64,000 nucleotides of DNA from Saprospira grandis str. Lewin (GTDB lineage Bacteria > Bacteroidota > Bacteroidia > Chitinophagales > Saprospiraceae), in contig NC_016940.1 of the NCBI RefSeq assembly GCF_000250635.1, positions 1,032,995 to 1,096,994 on the forward strand, given 5' to 3'. Positions 8,831 to 19,200 of the stretch are shown one piece after another. Under the pieces are notes generated by a model. It did not search any database and was not told the origin of the DNA. It saw only the letters and a program-made list of their open reading frames with translations. The position numbers and the translations under genes were made by a program. Within the stretch, counting starts at the first letter, position 1. Every line of letters starts with the position of its first letter.

Positions 8831-10102
8831 ATGCCACAGCTTATCCGCTTTCTTATTTTGCTTTGTTTTCCCTTTATTCTTTTTGCTCAGCAGCCCTTGC
8901 GTTTGGTCGATCAACAGCTAGAACAACTGGTCCCTTTAGCCAATGGAGACTGGGGCTGGAGACCATTTTTAGAACTACCAACTACTTTAAAAACAGTAAC
9001 GGGCCAGGGGGAAGACATTTGGGCCATTAGTTTGGCCAATGAACTATTGCACTATAATAGAAGTCGAGATTACTGGGAAAACCTAGGCCAAATTGAAGGC
9101 CTTCCGGCCCTCATTCAAAGGAGTTTCCTCTATAAGGGGCAGCTGTATTTTCAATCTGGGGCCCTACTCTACCGTCTAGAGCTAGAAACTGAGGCCCAGC
9201 CAACTGTAGTCAAAAGAGGACTACCACTGCTGCTATCCAACTGGAGCTATCTGCCCAATCAGGGCCGTTTTTGGGCCATGCAATCTAGTGGGGCGCCCAT
9301 CTTTTTTGAGCCAGAGAGTGGTGTGATTGAACGGCCCAAAAAAACCTGGTTTAGGAATTTTGCTCGGGGGCAAAGCCAGGCCGAGGGACAACTTTGGCCC
9401 ATAGATGCAGAGCATTTTTTATACTTTAGTGTAGGGGCCCAAGAGCTCTACCTCCTCAATATGGCCAATTATGAAGCCTATAAATTGGGGCCCGTTCAGG
9501 GCATACAACCCAAGGCCGAAGTCCTTAGTCTCAATGGCCCTAAGCTTAAAAGCTTTCTTCCGCCAACGGCCAGCCGTTTGTATTGGGGTAAAGGCCTGCG
9601 AGGAGGCCGAATTAGCTGGTGGCAGCACCCTAGTCCAAAAATTGACCACTTTGAGCTAGAACGTAAGGAGGGAAGCAACAGCTCCTGGCTGATTGTCGGC
9701 AGCCTTAACGCCTATAATCCCCCCCATCAGGCAGGCTTTCATGCCCTAGATGATAGTCGAAAAAGGGGGAAATCAACGAGCTACCGCCTACTAGCGGTTA
9801 ATCCCTGGGGGCATAAGCGCTATTTACAAGAAATTTGCTTGGGCCCAGCCTGCCCTAAGGTCCAATTAGGTCCCAATATTTTATCGGCCCAAGAAGATTT
9901 ACGGCTCTATTTATCGGCCTTAAAGGGAGAATGGCTGAAAATAAAATGGAAAAGGGGCGGTAAAGTCGTTCAAAGCCAAGAAATCTATCTGGATTTACCC
10001 ACATATCAATTAACTTTGCCCGGACAGGCAGCGGGTCATTATGAGCTGTCTATTGAAAATGCCGACAACTGCCAGCGATTTCAGTTGTTTTATGGTTTTT
10101 AG
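8831..10102 (+). CDS. secreted hypothetical protein
   Basis: Signal peptide MPQLIRFLILLCFPFILFAQQ; 423 aa; no family recognised. Confidence 0.55.
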   Translation: MPQLIRFLILLCFPFILFAQQPLRLVDQQLEQLVPLANGDWGWRPFLELPTTLKTVTGQGEDIWAISLANELLHYNRSRDYWENLGQIEGLPALIQRSFLYKGQLYFQSGALLYRLELETEAQPTVVKRGLPLLLSNWSYLPNQGRFWAMQSSGAPIFFEPESGVIERPKKTWFRNFARGQSQAEGQLWPIDAEHFLYFSVGAQELYLLNMANYEAYKLGPVQGIQPKAEVLSLNGPKLKSFLPPTASRLYWGKGLRGGRISWWQHPSPKIDHFELERKEGSNSSWLIVGSLNAYNPPHQAGFHALDDSRKRGKSTSYRLLAVNPWGHKRYLQEICLGPACPKVQLGPNILSAQEDLRLYLSALKGEWLKIKWKRGGKVVQSQEIYLDLPTYQLTLPGQAAGHYELSIENADNCQRFQLFYGF

Positions 10103-10120
10103 CGAACAAAATCGAGATTA

Positions 10121-11401
10121 TTGGAGACGCAGCAAGCAAAAGCCCCTCTTATTTGGGCCTTAGCGGCTAGTTTGGGCAGTGGATTACTGCTGGCCTTTAG
10201 CCTTTCGACATATAGTATTGTATTGACGGCTTTCTTTGCCTTTATTCCTTTGCTTTGGCTTAGTAGAAGGCAGAGCTTTTGGCCTTTTGTAGGCTTTAGT
10301 ATCTTAAGCAACCTACTTGCCTATGGCCTCTTGGCCCCTCAGGCCATAGAGACGGTAAGCCTGCCTATGGGGCTGTTTTCTTGGGCCTTTGTCAGTCTGT
10401 TGTTTAGTATTCCCTGGGCTATGCTTTGGCTGATTCATCATCGGCACAATGCCAAATTGGGCTATTGGGCTTTTGTGAGTAGCTATTTGGCGCTGGAGTG
10501 GATGCAAGGGCAGTTTAGTGGACATTGGGCCGGTTGGCAGCTAGGAAGCTTGCCCCTGCTTTTTGGAAATAGTTGGCAGGCCTTAACGCTTGTGGGTACC
10601 GGGGGCGCTAGTTTATGGATCCTCAGCCTGAATATTCAGTGGTTCCGCTTTCTCTTTCCAGCCCAAGCCAAAAGTAGAAAAGGCGCTATTTGGGCCGGCA
10701 TTCCTTTGGTCCTCCTTCCCTTTATCCTCAGTTTGTTGATGGGGGCAGTACAAAAGGGAGATTCGGGCAGTTTTGTTTATCAGTCTAGCTACAAAAGCCA
10801 AAAAGGCCGCTTGCTGCTAGGCCAAGCCCCCAAAGAAGAGATTCCAGAAAATGCCCTTTATGCCCAAGAAAAGCCTTTAAATGATTGGGCCTATTTGGCC
10901 GGGCAAGATAGTTTGGGTAGCCTTCGGTTTTGGCAAAAAGGAGAGCGGCAGCCACTGAGTAGCCAAGCCTTTTCTGTTCGGACCATTTTGGGGGTAGAGC
11001 AGCGCTTTTTTCAGTTTATCGATTGGCAGGGCTCTCGCCTACTCCTGCTCAATGCCCATAGCCTAAAACGTACGGCCCCTATCCGAGAGGGCCTGCAAAA
11101 AGGAGCACAAACCGTTATTGCCTTTAGTCCAGACAGCAGTTTATCGCCGATTTTATACCGCTCGGCTAGGGCCCGTGCCCAAGAGAGTGGCAGTGATATT
11201 ATTTTGGTCCAAAAAAAGAAAGCTCATCATTTTTCGGCAAATGGCGACTACCAAGCCCTAGAAGATGGCCAAACCTGCAGCCCTAAAATATGGAGCCCTA
11301 CATTTTTTGCCCAATATGGCGATTTGCCTGGGCGATTGTCTATCTTTTTGGCGGCCTGGTTGGCTCTAGCCAGCATTGTCAAACCCTTCCGTAAAAAATA
11401 A
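10121..11401 (+). CDS. polytopic membrane protein, Lnt-like (apolipoprotein N-acyltransferase-like) with a divergent C-terminal domain
   Basis: About 6 N-terminal TM helices followed by a ~200-aa soluble domain. Weak similarity to the Lnt C-terminus (YRSARARAQESGSDIILV), but the catalytic E-K-C residues are not evident. Confidence 0.3.
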   Translation: METQQAKAPLIWALAASLGSGLLLAFSLSTYSIVLTAFFAFIPLLWLSRRQSFWPFVGFSILSNLLAYGLLAPQAIETVSLPMGLFSWAFVSLLFSIPWAMLWLIHHRHNAKLGYWAFVSSYLALEWMQGQFSGHWAGWQLGSLPLLFGNSWQALTLVGTGGASLWILSLNIQWFRFLFPAQAKSRKGAIWAGIPLVLLPFILSLLMGAVQKGDSGSFVYQSSYKSQKGRLLLGQAPKEEIPENALYAQEKPLNDWAYLAGQDSLGSLRFWQKGERQPLSSQAFSVRTILGVEQRFFQFIDWQGSRLLLLNAHSLKRTAPIREGLQKGAQTVIAFSPDSSLSPILYRSARARAQESGSDIILVQKKKAHHFSANGDYQALEDGQTCSPKIWSPTFFAQYGDLPGRLSIFLAAWLALASIVKPFRKK

Positions 11402-11409
11402 TTTAGCTC

Positions 11410-12144
11410 ATGAGTATGAAAAATGAAGATATAGAACTCGAACAGGAGGTCCTTCAAGCAGAATATATGCAGGCTCAGCAACCTGCGCTTTTGGTCCTTT
11501 TGGCCCAGGCTCTTTCAGTGGTCTTCCACCCTTTTCTGATTTTGCTCTACGCCTTTGTCCTTTTGGCCTATTGCAATCCCTTTTTGTTTCGGGTGAGTAG
11601 CTTTGCCGCCGTTTTCGAGAATAAGGTCAATAGTATGCTCTTTATTTGGCTGGCCATTTTCTCTTTTGCGGTCCCTCTGCTCACGGTCCTCATGATGCGA
11701 GCCCTCAATTTTGTCTCTTCTCTACAGATGCCTGGCCGCATGGAACGCATTGGGCCCTATATCGTGGTGGGCCTTTTATATATGGTCATTTTTGTCAATT
11801 TTAAAAATAATCCCGGCGTCCCTCTAGAACTAACGGCCTTTGCCCTAGGCAGTACCATTGCGCTGTTCATCTCTTTTTTCTTCAATCTATTTAGCAAAAT
11901 TAGTGTGCATACTACGGGCATGGGCGGCCTAGTGGCCATGACCCTACTTGCCGTGAGCAGAAGCTATGATGGCCAGGGCTACTTGTTAGTTTGGGTGGTT
12001 TTACTGGCTGGTCTGGTGGGTACGGCCCGTCTGCTCCTCGGCGCCCATAAAACCAAGGAGGTTTATGGCGGCTATGCCTCTGGCTTTATGGGCCAAATGA
12101 TCGCCTTTAATTATTTGTTTGCCACTGCTGCCGAACAGATGTAG
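11410..12144 (+). CDS. PAP2-family membrane phosphatase-like protein
   Basis: Multi-TM protein. SVHTTG resembles the PSGH motif; TARLLLGAHKTKE fits the RX5HX3[DE] PAP2 motif 3. Confidence 0.4.
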   Translation: MSMKNEDIELEQEVLQAEYMQAQQPALLVLLAQALSVVFHPFLILLYAFVLLAYCNPFLFRVSSFAAVFENKVNSMLFIWLAIFSFAVPLLTVLMMRALNFVSSLQMPGRMERIGPYIVVGLLYMVIFVNFKNNPGVPLELTAFALGSTIALFISFFFNLFSKISVHTTGMGGLVAMTLLAVSRSYDGQGYLLVWVVLLAGLVGTARLLLGAHKTKEVYGGYASGFMGQMIAFNYLFATAAEQM

Positions 12145-12159
12145 AGGGGAGCTCTGCTG

Positions 12160-12300
12160 TTTTGGGGCCTCCTGCCTACGGCAGGCGCTACGTTTCGCAG
12201 CTCGCAGGTCTGCTCGGCCCTTCGGCGCAAAGCGCCTCGGTCTGGCCTTCGGCCACTGCTACACATCGCTAGGCCAGTCCTCCCTTCGGTCGTCCTCTAG
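12160..12300. repeat. GC-rich REP-like element
   Basis: cgcagctcgcaggtctgctcggccc core. Confidence 0.75.
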
Positions 12301-12384
12301 CGCCCTAAACAAGCTGTACTTTTGGACCAACAAAAAGCCCCCGCAGTCTCTGACTGCGGGGGCTTCCTTTTTGCCTCGGCTAAT

Positions 12385-13959
12385 TTACCAAAGGCTCCAC
12401 CATTGCTCCTCATCCTTTTGCTGAGGATCTACAGGGGTTAAGCTTTCTGCCAAACCAGAGCTGCCAAAATCTACGGCATTTGCTTCTATTGTGGCTTGTT
12501 GTTTTTGGGCCTCATAAGCATATTTTTTGCGGCTAGGATTGGCAAAATAGGCCTTCCAGGCTTGCTTGTTTTCTTCCTTGGCCAAAATGCGATCTACTTG
12601 CTCACAGAGCGCTTGGCCCTTCTCGGCCTGTACCATACGAACATAGTTCGCAAAGCCCTTAATGCTGGCCAAAATAAATCCTTGGCCCCATTCTGCGGCT
12701 TGATAACCTTTAGTTTCTATGGTATGCAAACAAGCTCTAAATTTCTTCAATGTTTTGCGGTCTACAGCCACTTGCTCATTTACCGTAAGGCCCGTTACCT
12801 CTTGGCGGCGGCCCTTGCGCATAATTTTGAGCTTTTTGGGGTGAATCACAAAGCCTTCATCTTGAATAATCTGCTGGGCCTGCCAAATGATACGGCTAAT
12901 ATTGCTCGTATCATTAGCCGAAAAACTCAGGTCATCGGCATAGCGGCTATAGGTCCAACCTAACTTTTTGGCTACCCCCTCAAAACGGCGGTCCATGCGG
13001 CGGCAAAGCCAGTTGGTAATCGCTGGACTAGTAGGTGCGCCCTGTGGCAAATAGCGCTCTCCCTTTTGGGCATAATACAACTGCCCGTCAATTTCTACTT
13101 GGTCCACCTCTGGTTCTGTCGTCAATAAGGCAAAGATAATGGACTGCTGCTCAGAATAGCCCAAGCCCTTAAACATCCCCTTCACTCGAGGATAGGTTAC
13201 GGTAGGAAAAAAGTCTTTGAGGTCCATATTGATGACCAGCTCTTTTTTCTCATGCAGTTTAGCATTACTCACAATAGAGCGCTCTGGCACAAAGCCATGA
13301 GCCGCTTCATGCATCTCTAAGCGAGCAAGTACATTCTCTAAGAGCCAGTATTGGGCATTTTTAAGCATAGGACGAGGGGCCGAAATCAGGCGTTTTCCTC
13401 CTGTTTTCTTGGCCAAATAAAAGCGCTCATAATGCGATACCGTAGAGAGCTTCCGCTGAAAACAAAGATAGCGCAAACGGCCTACAGAAATATCCATAGC
13501 CTCTGCCAGCTCTTTAATATCTTTAAATGCAGGCAGATTTAAAGCCGCTAATTTTGCTAGGTCAGCTTCTTCTTCACTCAAGCCAGCAGAATAGTCTTTA
13601 CCTAAAAAGACAATACTCCGTTCTTTCTTTTCTTGCCAAGCCTTAGCGCGGGCTTCTTTCTCTGCCTTACGGCGCTCCTTGGTCTCCTCTCGGCGAGCCA
13701 AGGCATCCGCCATGCGTTTTTTACGCATTTCGGCCAGCATACGCTCCTTATCTCGGAACATGCGTTGCTTCTCCATCAGCTCACGCAGCTCTCTTCGGAG
13801 AGCGCCCTTCTTTTGGATAAGCTCCTCAGAGATTTTTGGAGCCTCTTCAGTGGTATCCCAAAAGCCGAGGCGTTTCATTTCTTCTAAGATATATTCCTCT
13901 TTAGAAGTTTGGCGGATACGGTCATAAATCTGTTGGCGGGTCATTCGATGATCAGACAT
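12385..13959 (-). CDS. retron-type reverse transcriptase with an N-terminal charged coiled-coil extension of about 170 aa
   Basis: QGAPTSP (RT motif 4), YADDL (motif 5), the retron-specific NAKLH (NAxxH) and EVTGLTVN (VTG) motifs, plus the RT N-terminal KKTGGKRLISAPRPMLKNAQ. Start is placed at MSDHRM. The alternative upstream ATG at 14049 would put a 15-bp hairpin and the a2 repeat inside the ORF. Confidence 0.8.
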   Translation of the reverse strand: MSDHRMTRQQIYDRIRQTSKEEYILEEMKRLGFWDTTEEAPKISEELIQKKGALRRELRELMEKQRMFRDKERMLAEMRKKRMADALARREETKERRKAEKEARAKAWQEKKERSIVFLGKDYSAGLSEEEADLAKLAALNLPAFKDIKELAEAMDISVGRLRYLCFQRKLSTVSHYERFYLAKKTGGKRLISAPRPMLKNAQYWLLENVLARLEMHEAAHGFVPERSIVSNAKLHEKKELVINMDLKDFFPTVTYPRVKGMFKGLGYSEQQSIIFALLTTEPEVDQVEIDGQLYYAQKGERYLPQGAPTSPAITNWLCRRMDRRFEGVAKKLGWTYSRYADDLSFSANDTSNISRIIWQAQQIIQDEGFVIHPKKLKIMRKGRRQEVTGLTVNEQVAVDRKTLKKFRACLHTIETKGYQAAEWGQGFILASIKGFANYVRMVQAEKGQALCEQVDRILAKEENKQAWKAYFANPSRKKYAYEAQKQQATIEANAVDFGSSGLAESLTPVDPQQKDEEQWWSLW

Positions 13960-14051
13960 AGGGAGCAGATTGAGACAAAAAAAAACTACTTTCAATTTGG
14001 GAGAGCTAAGGCCGAAGCCTAGCTGGTCCAAAATTGAAAGTAGCTGCAAAA

Positions 14052-14309
14052 GAAAAAAAGAAGGAGAGAAGATTTACTTCGTACAATCTTAGAACTAAGA
14101 GAATCAACTCCAGCGAACCGTGGTAGGTGCCCCTACTTGTTCCCCTACAGAGTCTACGACTCGAAACCGCGTAGGGGAACAAGTAGGGGCACCTACCACG
14201 GTTCGCATCATAAAGATTCTTCCTTAGTGAACAGTGAAGAGTAATATCGCTTGAACGCCGAAACAGCGCTCTTTTTGCAAGACTTTGTCTTCTCTTGATC
14301 CTTCTTTTC
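14052..14309 (-). ncRNA. candidate retron msr-msd non-coding RNA
   Basis: Perfect 35-bp inverted repeat 14114..14148 / 14171..14205 around a 22-nt loop gives an msd-like long stem. It is flanked by imperfect inverted repeats at 14287..14309 (gtcttctcttgatccttcttttc, a1-like) and 14052..14074 (gaaaaaaagaaggagagaagatt, a2-like). It lies immediately 5' of the RT on the same strand. Confidence 0.5.
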
Positions 14310-14352
14310 AATATCTATATAGAGATGCTTGTCATCCCCATTTGTCTGTTAC

Positions 14353-14381
14353 AATGATAGATATTCTTTAGCAGCTTGTCA
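14353..14381 (-). promoter_or_regulatory. putative sigma70-like promoter for the msr-msd-RT transcript
   Basis: The minus strand reads TTGACA-17 nt-TATCAT within an AT-rich tract about 40 nt upstream of the a1 repeat. Confidence 0.3.
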
Positions 14382-14447
14382 AGTTTTTATTTAAATTTTT
14401 TCAAAAAATTATCAAAATAGTGAAGCTTTGGTCCTTTTTACGGTAAA

Positions 14448-14586
14448 CAGGCGGCGAAGCCGCCGCAGGCCTAGCGATGTGTAAGGGGGCGGCGAAGCCG
14501 CAGACCAAGGCCATCAGGCCGCAGGGCCGAGCGAATAGCGAGCCCTGAAACGTAGCGCCTGCCGAAGGCAGGAGGCCCCAAAAAAA
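14448..14586. repeat. GC-rich REP-like element
   Basis: Contains ggcggcgaagccgccgcagg, gggccgagcgaatagcgagccc and gaggccccaaaaaaa. Confidence 0.75.
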
Positions 14587-14589
14587 TCG

Positions 14590-16257
14590 CTAGATCAGTT
14601 TTCCAGTTTTGCGATTGTGAGCCATACGGGTGGCTAGAATATGTTCGCAGGGGCCTTTGCGCAATTTATTCATCTGAAAATGATTGCAATTGCATTCGGC
14701 TTGAACCATGCGGTCATCGGCATCGATGAGGAGTTGGCATTGGTAATTGCGCTGTTGTCCTTTGATCTGTGCCGATAGTCGAGTTTGGCCATTTTGCTGC
14801 GACTCTGCCGATAAATTGCTGAGGCGGTTTTGGTCCAAAATCTTGTTGGCTTTTTCTTCTTGTGGCGAGGCAAAGCGGAGCAACTTCATATCGAGTGGTT
14901 CGCGATGCAATTCCCGCAGGCGATACACGCCCAAGGTAGGATCAAAAATCACTCGGCCCGCTTGGGTGTAAGCTTGCAAGGAAGCGCTGACGATATCTCT
15001 GCCTAACTCTAGGCGTTCTGCTAGGCTATCTACCGACTCGAAATAAGTGCTTTTGAGGGCATCAAAAACGGTTTGTTTGGTCCAATCATCTACCTCTAAG
15101 CGAGGGGCGAGCAAATCAAAGTTACCAGCTCTGGACCAATCGTTATCGGTCCAGCCAGAAAGGCCCAAAGTAAAGACCATATCTCCCTCTAGTTGGGCCT
15201 CATAGAAAGAAGGCAAACCAGAACCGAGGAAGCTGACTGTAAATTTTTTGGCTTGTGGAATCAGGCGCTCTAAAATGAGTAAGCGGCGGCGGCCCCAAAT
15301 GCGGACCTCCTCTGCTTTTGGCCCATGATAAATAGAGCGGCGGCAGATAATTTCTTTATTCCAAGGTTCTACCACCACCTTAACGGGCTGCCCAGGGCGA
15401 AGTTGAAAGCGCAAAGAGCGGGGGCCATGTGTTTCCTTAAAGCGGCGCAAAAGCTGGCAGATGCTATGAATATCCATGGGATGCAGGTCAAAGCGAATGA
15501 GCGGCATCGTCATGGCAGAGCTCACTTGAAGGAAGCCGCGGACCCAGCTTTCGGGTAGGTCAATTTTGACCTCCTTATATAAATCTTGGTCCTCCGTTTG
15601 GATTTCGAAGCCAGAAGGATCTACCCGAAAATCGGTTTCCTTATAATTCCGAATCTTTTGAAACTCATTATAAAGGGCTGCGGAGTAATCAATATTGGTT
15701 GTTCCGCAAGAAAACTCATCAATATTCTTAAAGACATTATAGCCACAGCTGAGCTTACCATAGGTAGATTCATCTTGGCTAAAGCACTCAAAGAAAATGC
15801 TATCGGGATGAGTAGTGATAACGGGATCCAGGACGATCCAGGCATCAAAATCCTTTTTATAGAGGTAATTAAAATACTCTCTTTGTTTTTTGTAGAAATG
15901 CTGCATTACGCCTCGTTCCTGCTCTTCTACCCCAGCCAATTCTACCGAAATATCTTCGATACGTTGTTTAATATTGGCCTCATCTCCAGCAATTTCGCCA
16001 AGGTATTGGGCCAGCCAGACCTCTTCCTGCTCCTTGGCCCAGGCCAAATAGGCAGATTTATCACGAGGTTTGAAGCGAAGATCAGAAACCACTACGGCAT
16101 TCAAGGCAGAGATGGCTTCTCTAAAGGCAATTTTCTTATGCAATTGGCCCACAAAAAAAGTAGGCTCGCGCAAACTATCGGGGGCAAAGGACATGGCCGT
16201 TTGCCCAGCTTTATTCTTCACAGAGGAAGTTCCTCCATACTTATAATTAAATAACAT
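14590..16257 (-). CDS. SWIM zinc-finger family protein
   Basis: C-terminal CxC-x11-CxH signature AECNCNHFQMNKLRKGPCEHILA; 555 aa. Confidence 0.65.
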   Translation of the reverse strand: MLFNYKYGGTSSVKNKAGQTAMSFAPDSLREPTFFVGQLHKKIAFREAISALNAVVVSDLRFKPRDKSAYLAWAKEQEEVWLAQYLGEIAGDEANIKQRIEDISVELAGVEEQERGVMQHFYKKQREYFNYLYKKDFDAWIVLDPVITTHPDSIFFECFSQDESTYGKLSCGYNVFKNIDEFSCGTTNIDYSAALYNEFQKIRNYKETDFRVDPSGFEIQTEDQDLYKEVKIDLPESWVRGFLQVSSAMTMPLIRFDLHPMDIHSICQLLRRFKETHGPRSLRFQLRPGQPVKVVVEPWNKEIICRRSIYHGPKAEEVRIWGRRRLLILERLIPQAKKFTVSFLGSGLPSFYEAQLEGDMVFTLGLSGWTDNDWSRAGNFDLLAPRLEVDDWTKQTVFDALKSTYFESVDSLAERLELGRDIVSASLQAYTQAGRVIFDPTLGVYRLRELHREPLDMKLLRFASPQEEKANKILDQNRLSNLSAESQQNGQTRLSAQIKGQQRNYQCQLLIDADDRMVQAECNCNHFQMNKLRKGPCEHILATRMAHNRKTGKLI

Positions 16258-16268
16258 ATTGAGCTAGA

Positions 16269-19200
16269 CTAAGATTGAGTGGGATAATCATGAATCGCAA
16301 TAGGCTGTTCGAGCAAGGGGTATTGGTCCTGCAAATCACGTAGTACAATAACGGCCTGCTCCTTATCGCCAATCGCTGCAGTGGCCGAGATAAAAGTGGC
16401 TAAATCAGAGAGGAATTGCGCTACTTCAAAAGAAGCTTTGGCCTCTTTGGTCAAAAAGCTCCAGATGCGATCCTTGGCCATTCGGCCCTTGTTCACTTGG
16501 GCCAAAACGGTATAAAAATAATCGCGTAGCGATAGAATCCGCTCGGGATGTCCAGCCCCAAAGCGCTCCAAATAATTAGTTGCATACAGTTGTAGTTCTG
16601 GACGGGGGTGCTGACTCAATTGCTCCAAGTACATGGGGCCATCCTCTTCCTCAAAGAAGCGAGTAATGAGTTGGCGACCAAACTGCTGTACATCTTGGCG
16701 AACCGAATCGCAGATGCCCACCATCAAACTAGGGTTCCAATCATCAGCGGTATAGCTTTGGCCAAAGAAATCAAAGGCAAATTGTCGAGAATCGGCCCAA
16801 TCTACATCTAGTAGACGCAAAGCCTCTTCTCTTTCGTAGCGCATACGATCTTTTTGTTCCTTAAACATTTTCCAAGCGAGCTCGCGAACGGCCACAATTT
16901 CATGATTGGCCAGACGAACCGTATTGGCCACCGACAAAGAGTCATAAGGGATATAGCGATCAATTAAGACGGCAGCCAACTCTTGTGCGGGAGCATATTT
17001 TGCATTGAGCAGGCGGAAAATAAACTTCCGGTCTACCTCCGCCAAATGGCCCTCTAGTTCGCTAGTTAAGATATCGGCAAAGAGCGCGTGCAAGCCCTCA
17101 ATTTTTTCTTTGCGGATCAGTTTACGCAAGAGCGCTTGCATTTGCGTCACCGCAAAAGCTTGGTTTTGGGCATAGAGTGGGGCCAAAACTTCACGGCTGG
17201 CCAAGCGCACATCCTCTTCAGGATGCTCTAAAAGGCCCAGAAGGAAGTCGCCTTCCTGCAAGAGCTTTTGCTCTGAAGAGTGACGGAGAAGTTCTAAGCC
17301 ATAGCGCCAATAATCGGCTGTTTTGCCAAAGAGGTATTGAATATCTTCAAAGGGAATTTGTGTAGCTTCTGCCGCATGCCCTTTAAGCAAATGCAAACCA
17401 AAGGCTTGTTGCTGAGCCAAAGGCAGGCGTAAAAACTTCCCGATTAAATCTAGGCTGAGTTGTTGGGTTTCCTCGACAAAGTAGCTCTTCAGTAAGGACT
17501 CTACCTCTGTCATTAGCATCTGTTGATCTTGGCCCGAGCGGAGCAAGAAGCCCAGCAAACGGCCCAAGAGTGCTTGACGCTTGGCGGCTTCATAAACCTC
17601 CACGATACGTCCTAAGGCCTCTTGTGCCCAATTTCTCAAATCTTTGCGTTGGTGCAATAAAAGGCTATAGACCAAATCTAGATCGGCAAAGTAGTCAAAG
17701 AAATCAGCTTCTAGCCAAGCCAAAGCCTGCTCTCTAGCCTTTGCATAATCATGGTCCAAAAGGTAAAGCAGGATAGCCGTAGGCTTGCCTGATTTTTCAT
17801 AATTGGCCACAATTTCTTGCAGGGCCCAAGTTTGTAGTGGCTGATATGGACGGCTCAGTAGCTGCTTCCAGTAAGACAAGCCCAGTCGCTTTTGCAAGCT
17901 CTTGGCCTCGGGATGGGCCATAAATGCCGTATGGGCAAACTCTAGGACCTTTTGGCTTTTGGCCTCGGCCATTAGGTGCAAAAAGGCCTTGGGCTCCTGC
18001 CGCCAAAGGTCGGCATATTTAGTTTCTGAAAGGGGGGCTGGCAAGGGCATATCTGGATCGTAATGCTTACCATAAACCCATTCTTGTTTCATGGGAGAAT
18101 ATACATATCGCTGACTATTCGCATAAAGAACCTCGTTAAAGATCAGCTCCTTAGAGTAGCTAGGATAATGATATACGCTGGCGATCCAGCGCTGTTTCTT
18201 ATTATCAAATCGCCAGTTCTTTTCTCGGCGATCTGTGCGGCCATCTCGGCTATCATCATATTGAAGGAGGAGACTTGTGGCCATAGCGACATAAGCGATA
18301 TTTCCCTTTTGTCCCAATTGGTCCAACTCTTTACGCATATAATCGCTAAAGTAGTCCTTGGTCAAATTGGAGAAGGCTAGACGGCTATTTTCTTTTTTCA
18401 ACTCATCTTTGGGCCGCATACGGTTATAGCTAACCCAAACATATTGATTATTTCGGCGGGGCATTCTATACTGTGGGCTCGCTTTTTCAAAGCGGTAGGC
18501 CAAGGCCCCCCAAAACTGTGCATCCTTGCGAAAGGTCGCCATTTTGAAGAGGCGACGCAGCAAACGGAAGCTATTGGGTCGGAACTCCATTTCGCAAATG
18601 ACCTCTACTAATGTCTTGCGACAATAAGGCATAGCAGGAGACAATAAATAAAGCATAGCAAATGCTTGCTCCATACTTTTATCTCCTTTGGCCTTGCGTA
18701 GCTGATAGGCCAAAGCATCATTATCTTTACGGTCCAAGGCCTTTTGCCAGAGTTCAGGGAGTTTGGGCAGCTCCTCTTCGAGCAAAGCCTGTTGCCCAGC
18801 GGCATCGGCTAGTTCCCAATAGACAAAGGGCGCTAGTTTTTTAGCCGTAGGCGCTTTTTTCTTGCTTCGCCAAAAAGTTAATAAGTTGCTGGGGTCCTCT
18901 ACTGCGGTATCGAGTTGAGCCGTAGCCCAAAGTAGGCTATAGAGCTCCATATCGTCTATAGATTTGCCTCTATGGTTTTGCTCAAAAAGGGCCCAGCAAT
19001 AGGGTCCAGCCGCTTTGATGTTAAGACTAGCGGCACGCCAAGCGACCCTAGACAGCTTCCAGTTGCGGGCCTTTTGGGCCGCTGGATCTAGTTGAGCGAG
19101 CTGTAAATGGTATAGGATCCAGGCCGCCTGAGCTTCTGCTCCTTCTAGGGATTTATCTGGGGGCTGAATAGCCGCCACTTGCTTGGCCTGGCTCTTTTCA

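Noticed and set aside
12385-14049. Full 554-aa RT ORF starting at ATG 14049
   Set aside because: The first 30 codons would contain a 15-bp hairpin (14003..14054) and overlap the a2-like repeat. The internal ATG at 13959 is more consistent with retron architecture, but the start remains uncertain.
15586-16254. 222-aa +strand ORF, and other antisense ORFs such as 6520..7077, 18063..18380, 20963..21463, 26558..27007, 51877..52548 and 60731..61192
   Set aside because: They are embedded antisense within well-supported genes with recognisable domains and have atypical composition. They are treated as shadow ORFs.
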